NCBI GenBank assembly: GCA_001949185.1 | Contig: BDGG01000012.1 | Coordinates: 1,108,973 to 1,172,972, forward strand | Length of the DNA stretch: 64,000 bases | Direction of reading: 5' to 3' | Origin: Ramazzottius varieornatus | Lineage: Eukaryota; Animalia; Tardigrada | Part shown: positions 37,904 through 50,346 of the stretch, piece after piece | How the letters are laid out: the number at the start of each line of letters is the position of its first letter | Numbering within the stretch: position 1 is the first letter of the stretch | Program-made: the position numbers and the translations under genes | The notes under the pieces: model-generated | Told to the model about the DNA's origin: nothing | The model's input: only the letters and a program-made list of their open reading frames with translations | Database searches by the model: none

Positions 37904-39038
37904 ATGGCGGATCAAGCGGAATCGGACGAAGACACTCCACAAGGACCGGCTATCCCAAGGAACAAGCGCCTCAAAACTGGCCATCTGCACCTGCTGAGCG
38001 ACAGAAAACTCATCGTCATCCTGGAGCGATCACAGCTGGAAACGGTCAAGGTATGTGAGACAGGACTAACTTAATGAAGAATTACGTGGAAACATGGTTT
38101 GTGAGTTTGTTGTCAGTTCTAGTGTTTTGTCTTTCTCCAGAGTGGAAAGGGATTCTCGCTCCTCAGCCAAGAAAAGCACGAGCACGTACTGAAGAGGTCA
38201 AAACGTACGGAGGAAGGTTACCCACGGCCAGACATCACCCATCAGGTAGATTATTTTGTGGTTCGATATAATCGTGACTTTAAGAATGATATGAGGACGA
38301 CTTCCGGTGAAGCTGTTCAGACTTTATTGTATTCCCTTTGCTACCCGAGTTCTCAATTTTTAGTGCCTTCTAATGCTACAAGACAGCGTACTGAACCGAA
38401 TGGGCATGCTCCAGGTATTTCTGCACACAGAAAAAAACGTCCTCATCGAAGTAAATCCTCAGACAAGAATACCCCGCACGTACGAGCGATTCGCGGGTCT
38501 GATGGGTAAGTTGAGTAACACCCTAATAATATTCATGACAATTATTATCTTACGTTGGAGTTATAGCAGATCAGACTCAGTTCCTTGTTTTTATTGTTGT
38601 AGTCCAATTACTACACAAAATGAGCATTCGAGCGGCAGACGGAAACCAGAAGCTTCTCAGGGTTATAAAGAACCCCGTGTCAGAACACCTTCCTGTTGGT
38701 TGCAAAAGATACGGAACTTCACATCAAGCTGAAAAAGTCAGCGAGATCAGATCGCTTGTTCCTCCTTCTGGGCCTGTGGTTTTCGTGATAGGAGCCATCG
38801 CACACGGAAAGGTTGGTCTTATGCGAGTGTCCTTGACAGTCCTTCTGCAAAAAACTTGCAGAAAGTCACTTTTTTGGGCTTCTACAGTCTTGACTGCGAC
38901 TGTATTCGTTCACAGGTTGAAGTGGACTATACGGACGAGATAGTATCCTTCAGTAACTATCCCTTGTCGGCAGCCTGGGCAGTGGCCAAGCTATGCGACG
39001 CCTTCGAAGAAAGCTGGGCCGTGGAGAAAAACGTATAG
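37904..39038 (+). CDS. EMG1: rRNA small-subunit methyltransferase NEP1
   Basis: LIVILE..LETVK, RPDITHQCLLMLQDS.LN, IEVNPQTRIPRT..RFAGLM, IGAIAHG, SNYPLSAA. Confidence 0.95.
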
Positions 39039-39324
39039 TTGGTTGTCCGTTTTCGAGCTTTGACATGGTTTAGATAGAGTTCATAGTTTACTGGCTAAAT
39101 AGATAAAAAATTCTGTATATGGACAAAATACTGCAAAACGCGCGTCTGGTGGACTCTCACCGGGAAGAAACAACAAAACCATTCTCTGAGATCAGTCAGC
39201 CTAAAAAGCAGGCTAACCAGCCCGAAATGAACAAGTAAAAAGAATCAGTGATAAAAACCGGACCAAATTTATCATTGAGCGATTTGTGAATGGCAATTCA
39301 TTCGGCTAATTTCCTCAGTCTCGT

Positions 39325-42300
39325 TCATTTTGTCAAGTAGAAAGTGTTGAGTTCACCTTTCCCTTTGACGTATACCATCCCGCGCGGTTCAAAGTTGTAA
39401 CCGTAGTTCTTGAGCAACAACATGGTTTCTTCCGTGACCTGTATCCGGCTGGGGCTGCCAGTACTTTCCATCCGACTGGCAACGTTCACAGTGTTCCCCC
39501 ATATATCAAAGTGCTACACAAAGAGAATACGATAAATTAAAGCCAGCAGCGTGATTGGAAGGCGGTCAACCAGAACGAACGAATCTCTGCAGCACCTGCG
39601 CACACAGGCTCGCACCTTCATTGCGTGGCGGACGTATGCAGGTACAGTTGTCGCAAGGTGGGTAATTATTTCAACTTACGGGTTTCCGGACGCCGATTAC
39701 GCCGGCCGAAATTGGTCCATGCATGATACCAATCCTGAGCTGAAATTGGTTGAATGATTGGTCATTGAGTTGGTTGAGCTTGTCCTGAAGGGCGAAAGCG
39801 AATCTGACAAGAGTGTCTAAATGGCGCCATCTTTCAACGTCGGACTCTTCATCGTTCCCGATGACGTTCAGACCGCTCGCCACCTATTGAGTACGTTGAA
39901 TATCAGGCAAGGAATGTAAGTGAAAAGTCCCCTTTTCATAAAGCATTACCATGTAAGTGGCACCAATGGTTTTGATCTTCGTAATGGCGCTGAAACGGGG
40001 GTCGTTCAGTAGCTCGTCATAGTCGCTGATGACTTCGTTCAAGAAGCGCAGGCATTCGATGCCCTGATTAGCCACACTTTCCTCGTTGTAGAATTCCGCA
40101 AAGTCGGGCATAGAGGCAAACATCACGCCGGCTTCGGTATCTTGAGAGAATGGCTCCTACAAAACAAGGCAGAAGATTATTATAGCAAACTTCACGGGGA
40201 CCTGAGAGGGAAGTCTTTCGCAGTTGTTCCCTCTCGGCAGCCGGCACAGGTAGTACTTACGTCGTCATCGCCCTTTCTTCCCAGAAAGACTTTGGCCACA
40301 TGAGGCGGAAGTATATTGTACACTAGCTCTTCGTTCTTGCGTCGCAGGTCTGCCGCTTCATCCTTCTGGATGTCTGACTCATTCTTCCATATGAACAGAA
40401 GCCTTGACGTAACCTCACTCTGAAAGATACAGAAAAATTTCAAAACTAAATTCAGTAAACGCTTGGATATTACTGAAAAAGACTTACGTATCGGTTTATC
40501 CAGAAGAGAGCGACCAGAATGATAACCATCATGCAGCAGGCGGCGTACTTTGTTTTGAACGCCCTACGGTGAGAAGACACCATGAATAAGGGCGTACAGT
40601 AAAAAAGTTATCAAATCAGGCATAAGAAAGTGATAATAGCTTACAAGTAGTCGTCCAAATGTTCAATGTTGCCATCTGTTTCATCGTATTTGTCAAAGAC
40701 CTCGCCCTGAACCACAGTAGTCAAGACGCAGTGTACAATCACCAGCAGTCCCATAATCAGCATCTTGTGAAGATGGCCGAACTGCATCAGAGCCGTGATG
40801 CCGAGTAGAAGGAATGTTGTCAGGTGCATGTAGAAGATGGGCGGATGGCAGTGGTAGCTGGTTGGATCGGTGCAGGCTATCCTGTCAGCAATCTCCGGCA
40901 CAGCGGCAATCACAATGAAGGCTGCCAGCCAAGCAAAGCGGAAGGGCGCTACTGTTTCCGTCCACCGAATACACTTGACAATGGGTGCGGGAAAGGATTT
41001 ACTCTTGACAGCAACCCATGAAAGACAGGTCATCACGCCGGTTAATCCAATTGCCAGGCCATATGCTACGCCCGTTCCGACATTGCTGTAAGAAACAACA
41101 AACCATAAAATGACGTTCTTTTCACGAATACCGTATGAAGAAATATGATCTCTTTCATTCATTCGGATATGAATAACAAAAGTTTCTTCGAAGGGCCGGA
41201 AAACAAAAACTCGCAGACATATTTCACGCACCTACATGCCGCAACCCTGCATCAGCTATAGGTAGCAAGTATGCGGATGTGTGAATGCACGCATTTGCTG
41301 GCCTGCCTGATCTTTCTCACGTCAAATCTTAAGCCTTTTAAGGTTCGAAAAGCCTTTACTTCGATTTGTACTTACAACCAGTCCCATAAGATCCCATGGG
41401 CCAGACAGCCGAAGACAATGATGAGCCAGTTGGCTGTGATGAGAGCCGGTCCGTGCTTTTCTCTCATGGCCAGATATTGGCTTTCGTATTCAGGGTCGTT
41501 AAATGTCAACGTGACGTAGTTGGCTTTTCCCTTCAACCTATAACATGAACCACTCACTTCATGCCATTCGCCAGTATCCACAGTGAGGAGGTAGTAAACT
41601 TACGTAGCTCCTTCGCGCTCAATTAAGGCACTCAACAGTCGATCGTTGAATCTGGCTTCTTCCGGCTCTTCGGTGTGATTCGCCATTTCGCTGCGTGCTC
41701 GCTGACTTCCGCGCCGAGCAGTCAACAGTGGTTCAGCTTGAATGGAAATCCTTGCTTTTCCCATATCCAGCGTTCCTTCGGGGAACTGGAAAAACAAACG
41801 AATATCAGTGGCTTACGTTGCCAGCGTCTTTTGGGAAAAACATATGCTGTTTTTCTCTAGTAAGGAAGGTCAGCCTAACGTACCGGCTTCACCACTTTCG
41901 AAATCAGGTAGGTCTGCAAGTGAGCTTTCCGAATGTCTTCATTTCGCTGTTCGCCATGACCCGGCTCCACTTCGAATTCACCATTAAGACAGGCTAAGGT
42001 TTTTTCGGAAATATGAACCCGCCTGGAATAACAGAAAATTGCGCCCGCTATCCCTATACAGATGGAAAATTAATGGTCACGTACCCAGGTACTCCGCCAC
42101 TTTCCATTGCGTTCGCGAGCTTCGTGTCTTTGCTGTAGACGTCGTATGCGTACTGCTTTTGTCCCATGACACCTGCAACGTATAAATGACAATGAAATGA
42201 CCATTACCATCTGTCAGTGTCAAAACGTCGCAAAATCTATCGTTGCCAAAATATCCGTAGTTTTACGATAACGCCAAATCATGTACGAACGGCCATGACC

Positions 42301-45300
42301 ATCGATTGTCATGAAACCCGATATGAAAACAGATAAATTGATCTGTTGGTAGATCACTTCACTATTGTCCTAAGTGTCGGTAGAAGTATAATGATTATTA
42401 TTTTCCACTTTACGAGTTATTCCCGTTCATGTCATTATCGGATAATATTTTATTAACACGCAGAAACGACCGGAAGTTACAAAACAAGCAGCCAGCCTCG
42501 TAAATCATGAATGACATTTTACGTACCGGCAAGAACCGAGCCTGTATGGATGCCCACGCGCATGTTCACTTCAGATTTGGTTTCCTCACGCACGGCCTGG
42601 ATAGCCTCCACCATGGAGAGTCCCATGTGGCAGCACAGGACGGCATGATCGGCGCGGGGTTCCGGTGCGCCACTTATGCAGTAGTCTGCAAAGAGAAAGA
42701 AATTGTCAGGCAAGAAGATGTCCTTTGCGTCAGAGTTAGAGTTGCAGTTTTAGCGGAGCATCAAGTAGTTTAGAGAAGGGTCGAAGCCATGCTTACACAA
42801 GAACTTACACAAGAACTTACAGCAATCACCGAGGATCTTGATACGCAGTTGATGATACTTCTGCAAGGACAGAAAAACACCGCTGGGCACTCTTTACTTT
42901 GCCGTTCTACATTACTCCCTCTGGGTAAGGACGAACTATCGATCCAGCGCCATGTTTCAACCACCAGGAACAGCTTCCGCAAAACCGTCATACACCTGCA
43001 TACCAAAGACCCTCATCATTCGCACGAACAGGGTGCATGCAGGTTCACGACCATCCCGTCAAGACAGCTTGCCGTGCGACCAAGCTCGACGAGACGATCA
43101 CAAACCTGCGTATTACAATCCGAACTATTCGAATGATCGCGAAGTATGCAGCTGTATGACCCCTTGGTTGAATGTGCCGCCGTACGAGCGGCAAGATGTA
43201 GTACCTCGGAGAGTTTGTCGAAACGAGCTATCAGCTTGTTGAGGAGACGAACTAATTCCGCAGCTTGGCATTTCGCACTCTAAAAGAGATCAGACGATAA
43301 CATGATTGTCACAGCCTATTTTAGGGGAAGACGGGATAAGCCGCACGTCAAGGCACGGCACCCTCACCAGTGCAGTGAATCCCACGATATCCGCAAAGAG
43401 GATACTGACATTCTCGTAGCGTGTGACATACATCTTCTTGAACATACCATGGACTATTGCGCCCATGTCATGCCGGATCTCCGAAACAAGATGCTTAGGT
43501 AGCACAGCTAACAGCAATCGCTCCTGTAAGTAACGCTATCATTAACATACAGTACTTCGCCATCAGGGATATTCATCAGGTTTTCAGGACGAAAGTGCAT
43601 GGTGTATTCATTTCTCAAACTTGCTAACCTGTTGTAGAGCTTGTTGTTCGACTACCAGCTTCATAGCTATACTGATCCGGGTTTGACGGAAAGCTCTTCT
43701 TTGCTTCTTGTCCGCGACGAAAGCCTCGAGCACTCCCAAACACATTGAGCAAAAGTATAAAACTGCGGCAGCCGCCACCTGCAAAGAAAAAGAACAATCA
43801 TATTACCTAAAATCGCGAATAACAATGAACCCGAAAGATCGGCATATATGTCTTTTTCAAGAAGGATCTTCGGCTTAGTGAGTTGTCCGCCGGCAACCCT
43901 CTGTTGTAAAGTAGATCGTGACCTTATGAAAGCACATCATACGCGCTGAGAATCTTTCCTAAAATTCCTTTGTGGCTCGGATCGATTTCTGCTCCATCAC
44001 TGTTGAAATAGTAAATTTCCATTCAAATTATTCTTCTGCTAGAATAATGACTCTCAATAAACTACATTTCCAAGCCCTGCATTTGGTTAATCGATAGGGT
44101 TCTTGAATTCCACTGCGAATCCTCGTCATTCCGACTTTTGAAGAATTTTCAAAACTAGGTTGAATGGTGAGAAGTTTTTGGCTGGACATTCGTCTGTCGC
44201 AGATCGGCTTTCTGCATTTTTCATTAAAGCACGTTTCATCCATCCAGTCCAAATAAGGCTCAGTAAAAAGTTCTCTGTCCTGTCAAACTGACGAGCCGTT
44301 ACTTTTCCCGTTAGTCCCGATGGAATGACTTGCTGCCACCGTAATCGATCAAGGAAACCGCCCCAATCCCATCGCGTCACTCCACATTACTTCTACAGGG
44401 AAAAGACGGGCGTCTTTATTCTTCCATTTCCGTTGCGGAATGACTGGCAGTTGCTTCCGGTCATTGCAATTACAATGGCCGCAACCAGCACCTCAACTAC
44501 GCCGTTACGTGAACGCCTCGCTGTGATTGACCGCATTTCAGTAGTTGGCTTCTTATGGCTTATCCATTAGGACACAAATGACAATGCATTGCGAATCCAC
44601 TGTCATCTGCCTCATGAAAATTGCTCTGACTGCCAGAAATTATTCCGTAAATACCCTCACGTCAAATTCTAACTGGCAGTCACCAGCGACTAACGATCAG
44701 GACTAATCTGATTTCTCGGAGAAAATAACAGCACTTTGGTGCATTCAGAAAATGTCAAAGAAGATCGCCGCTAATCTTCCTGATGCTGCTCTGGACTTTG
44801 CGAACCCTCTTCCGAAAATCGGGACGAAAGAGGGCCGACGAAAAACGAAGCCATTTAGCGATTTAGCACGAAGTACTCTCCGGCTGCCAATTGTCATCAC
44901 CTAACGTCTGATTGGATTCCATTAACTATAGAGATTCCACCTGATTTGTCGTAATCGATTTCGAGCGCAACAAACACGATGCGAAAGAAAGTCATCATGG
45001 ACAGGATCCCATCACTCGCCTCTTGATTTCTCCCTTTTCCCAGGAGAATGTGCATGAGCAGGACGCCGACAGAGGAGGTCGTGGCCAAAAGAGCACAGTA
45101 GCGTAACCTGAGCGGCAGCATCGTTATTGTAGTGTACACAAACAGCATCTGGAAGGAAACTCCCACGCTCTTTAACAGCGGGCGGTGAGTGCTGGCCAGG
45201 TCCAGGAAGAAGTTGGCGTAGAGCAAGGCGAAAACAGCCACTGGAACTACCTGTAGAAAACCGACAGCATGGATCAGTAAATGCTAGCTTTCACCAGCCT

Positions 45301-45956
45301 GCATACACTATCATCATGAAGAATGCATAATTTCGTGTATGCAGGTTCACGAAAGCGTCACACGGTCCAGAGCTTTCGGTGACCTGCATTCATGCGTGTA
45401 TTGAAAAATGGTGCGGTTCGTTGTATGCAGGTTCGTGAATTATGGGCAGAACGCTTCGCAGGTCTCATACGAAGTCAGGGGAAGAGTCTGTGTAACGAAC
45501 CTGCTTTATTAGCCTTTGTTTTCTCATTTCCACTGCCTGTAATTTGTATACTCCGACCACCACGCAGTTGACAATGAATGCCATGATGAGAAAAACTAGG
45601 GCCGCCAGCTCCTTGGGATTGTCCAAGGACAGTCCGCGAGCCGCGTAGAATATGGCGCAGTAGACCTGCCAGCACAGTGCCGTCATCACAAAAGCCACCA
45701 GATCACCCTGCTTTTGACTGGTATAATATTTCTTGTACAGAGTCTCCTGCTGCGGATCGGCATATTGGCTGCGACATGCTTCCGGCATGAAGCGGTAGAC
45801 ACCACTTTTGCTCAACTGCAATTGCTCTTCATTTCCGCTCAAGCCTTTCTGAGCAAAGGCGTACAGGGAATTCTTCTTTTGCGGCAACATGGGCCTCTCC
45901 ACGTCCAGCGTGATCATCCCGATGTTCCCCTCCGAGGAAGGCGACGCGGCTGGCAT
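39325..45956 (-). CDS. ADCY3: Transmembrane adenylyl cyclase, type 3-like
   Basis: C1: [37 protein letters not shown]2: [28 protein letters not shown]. Two membrane clusters. Confidence 0.88.
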
Positions 45957-47467
45957 GATGGAAAGGACTGCCTCTACGAACCGCTACCTAAAAAAGTAAA
46001 ACCTCAACTTCTAATCACAAATTTTTCAATTAGTAAAGAAATCGATATAAGTCAGAAATTCCATCAGATAATTTCCTGCTTGCACAATCGATCTTTCAAT
46101 CAGATTAAATCTTCCGAGGGTACACGTACATATTTGCCGTCTATACAGCGCACTCACTTACGTAACAACAGTAATAAAGGATTTCGCTTCTGACATGGCT
46201 ATAAAGAGTCTTCGACGAACGGTTTCCGTTTTATCGCTTAACTACTTCATGAGCAGCAGTAAAGAACTTACCAGCGCCTTCAAGTTGAATCGTCCATGAT
46301 ATTCCAGCCGGAATTAGCTCTTGCTGCGAGGCAATGAACGGCTGGAAAAGAAGAAGAAGAGTTCATTAGTCGACAAGTTTCACATGGGTCACTGGCTCAT
46401 AAAAATAGCTTTTCGCTCTCTTTATCCACTCATCCAGATACTGTAAAATATATTCACTGAGCATCCTAGCACGGTTCCTCCACACATTATTGGGCTGAAA
46501 TATGAGCATTCGCCCAGCAGTAGAAATCACGGCCAATCAATACAGCAGAGACTTTGAAATATACCACGTTCTCTCATCATGACGCACAGATTTCTCCCCT
46601 CGTCGACACCTGTCGCCTTTGCTCGTTGCACCTTCCCGAAATTTGCTCAATTGTCCTGACTCGTAGCTTGATCGCCTACTTCACGACTCCATAAAGCAAA
46701 CAAACAGTATTAATTATGCATAAGGTTGAAATGATTACTCACTATATCCTCCTGCAATCCATGCTCAACCCTTCCGCTACATGCTCCCAGTACATCCAAA
46801 GACAGAAACGGTTAGAGTCCTGCAGTAGGTTGATGTCCGTTGATGCCTCGAGGTGGACGAAGGAATAAGGGAGAGCGCGTTCCAGCATGAAGCGTGCGCA
46901 GTATGTACGGTTATCGGGGCAGCCGGTGGAAGTCAGGCCAAGCGGAAGCGCAGTAGATAACGCTGACAACTGCTATGCTACAAAGTCATCCGCGTGGAAC
47001 ACGCTGAGCCAACGGAAGCAAGGAAGGTTTCCTCAAAACTTGTCTTCATGCGCGACTTTGCTGTAAGCAACGACATACTGTACCTCCCTTTCCGTAAGAA
47101 ATGTTCCAGCTCGAAGTAAAAGTGTTGTGGGCGTATACGCCGCGAATACAGGGCTGCTGCCTCCCGCCAATACGAAAAATCGATTATACCAGCAGACCTA
47201 TGATTGGTCCACTTATGCTTTCGCTTAGACTGCGCACTGGGCAGATGGTGCAGCAGCTCTTCCGGTTGGGGTCATGAGTCCTCCTTGGGTTCTTCGTTCT
47301 ATCTAATCGGCGGAGCTATCGAAAACTAGCAAGAAAATTCGTACCACATCCCTGATGAAACTAAAATATTTTGTGCCATCGATCGTACGGAAGACCAACA
47401 TAATTTACTTCGCCGGCGTGTACAATACTTCGCACAAAACGGCTCTAAGGAAGCGAGGACTAGTGCA

Positions 47468-49520
47468 CTAATGGCATCCACAGCCTTTTGCAATCATCTC
47501 GCGATATTTCTTCAGAACAACGTTAGAGTTATCATCGAAATACAACATAGTAATAGCGCTGAGCTTCGTAGCAGCACACAGAGCTTTAGGAACTTGAACA
47601 GGATTGAAGAGATGGACGAGGGTCTGCACAATGGCGTGGTTCGTGGCGTTCATGTGGGCGTTCAGCGGAAACGAACATTCTCCACCGCAAAAGTTAGCCG
47701 GATATCCATCCGGAGCGATGATCCAGTCCTAGACGGAGAACACAGGTACTCCGTTAGCATCGGTCGATCAAACCTTTATAGAATGAGACCACAACGTACC
47801 TGCCAACCCAACTGCCTAAAACTAACGTAGAGGGTCTTCTTCTTACATGCCCGGTTACTGTGCGAGACATCAAAACCTGCAAGGAGAATTTTTGTGGAAT
47901 TTTTTTCAACGATCACTGCAAAGTTGGGTATTTCGAAACCAACCCGCGGCAAATGAATCGAACCAGATGGTTTTCCACGGAGGCGCACCCTACCAGCCAG
48001 TAAAAATGAAAACGTGCGCCACTTGAGATAACGATCTAGCACAGTTCATTTGCCCACGTCGCACATGAAGAACCGCAAGTTCTTTACCAAATTTTGTTAT
48101 CTGTGATTGTTCGCACCTAAGAATGGGTAGTCTCGATGAATGCCATTGTGCGCGACATGTTCTTCGAGGTTCTGCGGTTTTGATGTTTGAGGTTTTCTCC
48201 GATTCTTAATCGGCGTCGATGAGCGTTTTCTTCTAGCCAAGATGGGCTCGTCCTCGCTTTGCTTGAAGAACGCAACCATGAAACCTTCCTTGTCTTCAGG
48301 CCCATTCTTCAGGGCAATGGAAATATCGGAAGGATCCAACGACTCTCCTGAAAGAACACTCGATACACAAGTCGTCTTTCTGACTTATATACGGTCGATA
48401 ATCGAAAATCTTGTGTTGTGTGAAAGTTTTCCGAAGCTCTTCGAAACACGCACCAGTGCCGGAAATGATATCTATGAGCAGACCATAGTTCTTCGCAGCA
48501 GAGGAAATCCATAACTCGGCCGCCCTCGTTACGTTGAATATTATCCACCCCTTTTCGATGGTGTAGGTTAGCTTCTGATCTAATAGTTCCATCTCGCGAT
48601 CCCTTGAATAAAGATGGATACATAAGTACATCATCAGAGCACATCAATTATCGAGCCATTCTGACTGAACGAAGTAGATGTATTATAATTGCTTACTACT
48701 TACTCCAGGTCGGCTCCTCGCGTGATGAGATAGACGAAGATGGTGAAGTTATGGAACCATGGCTGCTTCCAGCTGTAGGCTTTGAACAGGTGGAACTCGG
48801 CTCCGATCACCTTATGGTCCGCTGGAACCTTGCTTAGATCGAAAAGAAACCTTTTGTTCCTCGACCGCGGATGCTGCTTCCCAACTTAAAAACAACACGT
48901 TACCCCCCATTACTCTCATATCAATAATACTCTTATAGTCTATTATGTAGGGCGTCGGCAGATGATTCCATCCAGATCATCAGCCCAAGTGGCGCACGGT
49001 TGGATCGTTACTGGCTGAGAAAGTGCGCCACTTAGAAAACCGACCTGAGTAGAATCATTTGTCAACGGCCCATCTGTTTACCTTGGTTTGGGAAGCTGAT
49101 GATTTCGTCGGCTTCGTTCATGGAATTCAAACTGGCGTTATTTTCTGTCAGCGTTCTGTCGCGGACTCTTATAAGTTTATCGCCGTCAACCTTAAGTAGC
49201 CCCGAATCTTCGTCCACGAATGATTCGTACAAGTTCAACATGTACTTCGGTGCAGCCTGACTGGTTTCTTGATTTTGGGGTCTTGGTCGGGAGTGAAGAC
49301 CCAGAAGTTCCAGTAGTTCTTCTTGCATATGCTTCTTTTCCTCTCTTGGTAGCGGTGCGACGATCACAGTCTGATCGATGCCATTATCAGCATACAGTCC
49401 ACCGAGCGCCGAGTTAGAGTTCGACGCTGAAGCGTCAGACGCATCTTCGAGTGGTGAGACGCAGGATGTCAGGATGAAGAAGGAACAAGCCGTGCAAATA
49501 CTGAAGTAAGAAATCTCCAT
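47468..49520 (-). CDS. gbb: BMP5/6/7/8 (gbb/60A)-class TGF-beta ligand
   Basis: Signal peptide; prodomain [20 protein letters not shown]; furin site RRKR; mature domain [39 protein letters not shown]. Confidence 0.88.
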
Positions 49521-50346
49521 GTCATAAAGATGAACACTTTGCAACTGCAGGTTAAGTTAAATATAATGTTTGTCGTTTGCTATGAACGATTCAAGCCATA
49601 TCAATGTCGACCATACAGCATCAAGAAGTATGGGAACTCACTGGTTCAAACTAAACTAAAACCAGAACGATTTGCTTTGGGATGATTTTTTTTCACGGTA
49701 TATTCTGTGGCTTTCTTCAAACATTCACTTTGTTATTACATGGAATATTTACCTTGCACTGGTACACTTGGCTCTGCGGCTCTGTGCTTCTAAGGAAGTG
49801 TTAGACAAAAGTGTGCCTCCAGGCTATTCTTTCAGGTTTCTTCTGAATTCTTCTGTTAGACTGCACTGCTAAGGAAAGGAAACTTTGACTGTCTCAACAG
49901 GTGTGCTTTGTTTGATTTAGCACAGCCTTCGTTACTGCATGTAGGTCTTCCACCGAAAGATGGCGTTCGTGTGCTGCAGAATATTATGGGTACACAACAC
50001 TTTCCATGTTTAAGTTTACCTTTCCCATACTATATATGGCTTCCAGCCGCTCTTCTGCCCGAAAATCTCTCTCCCAAGATGTGTAGAATACAGATGAACA
50101 ATGCTCCTTGTTACCTGGAAGCGCAAATGTAAATCAAAAGTTAGAGACCTGGATGATAGCTCTAAGTCTACCCTCTATACTTACCTACGAGTACTCCCTG
50201 CACAGGCTGAAGCGTACTGGTTACACTGTGGAGCCCGGCGGAGGAAACAGGTGGATCCGAAGAACTTTCGGTCAAGGTGCAGCATCTGCTTGTAGTATTC
50301 CCCATGCAATAGACCATGATTGTATTCTTCATCCATTTGGCTCAAG

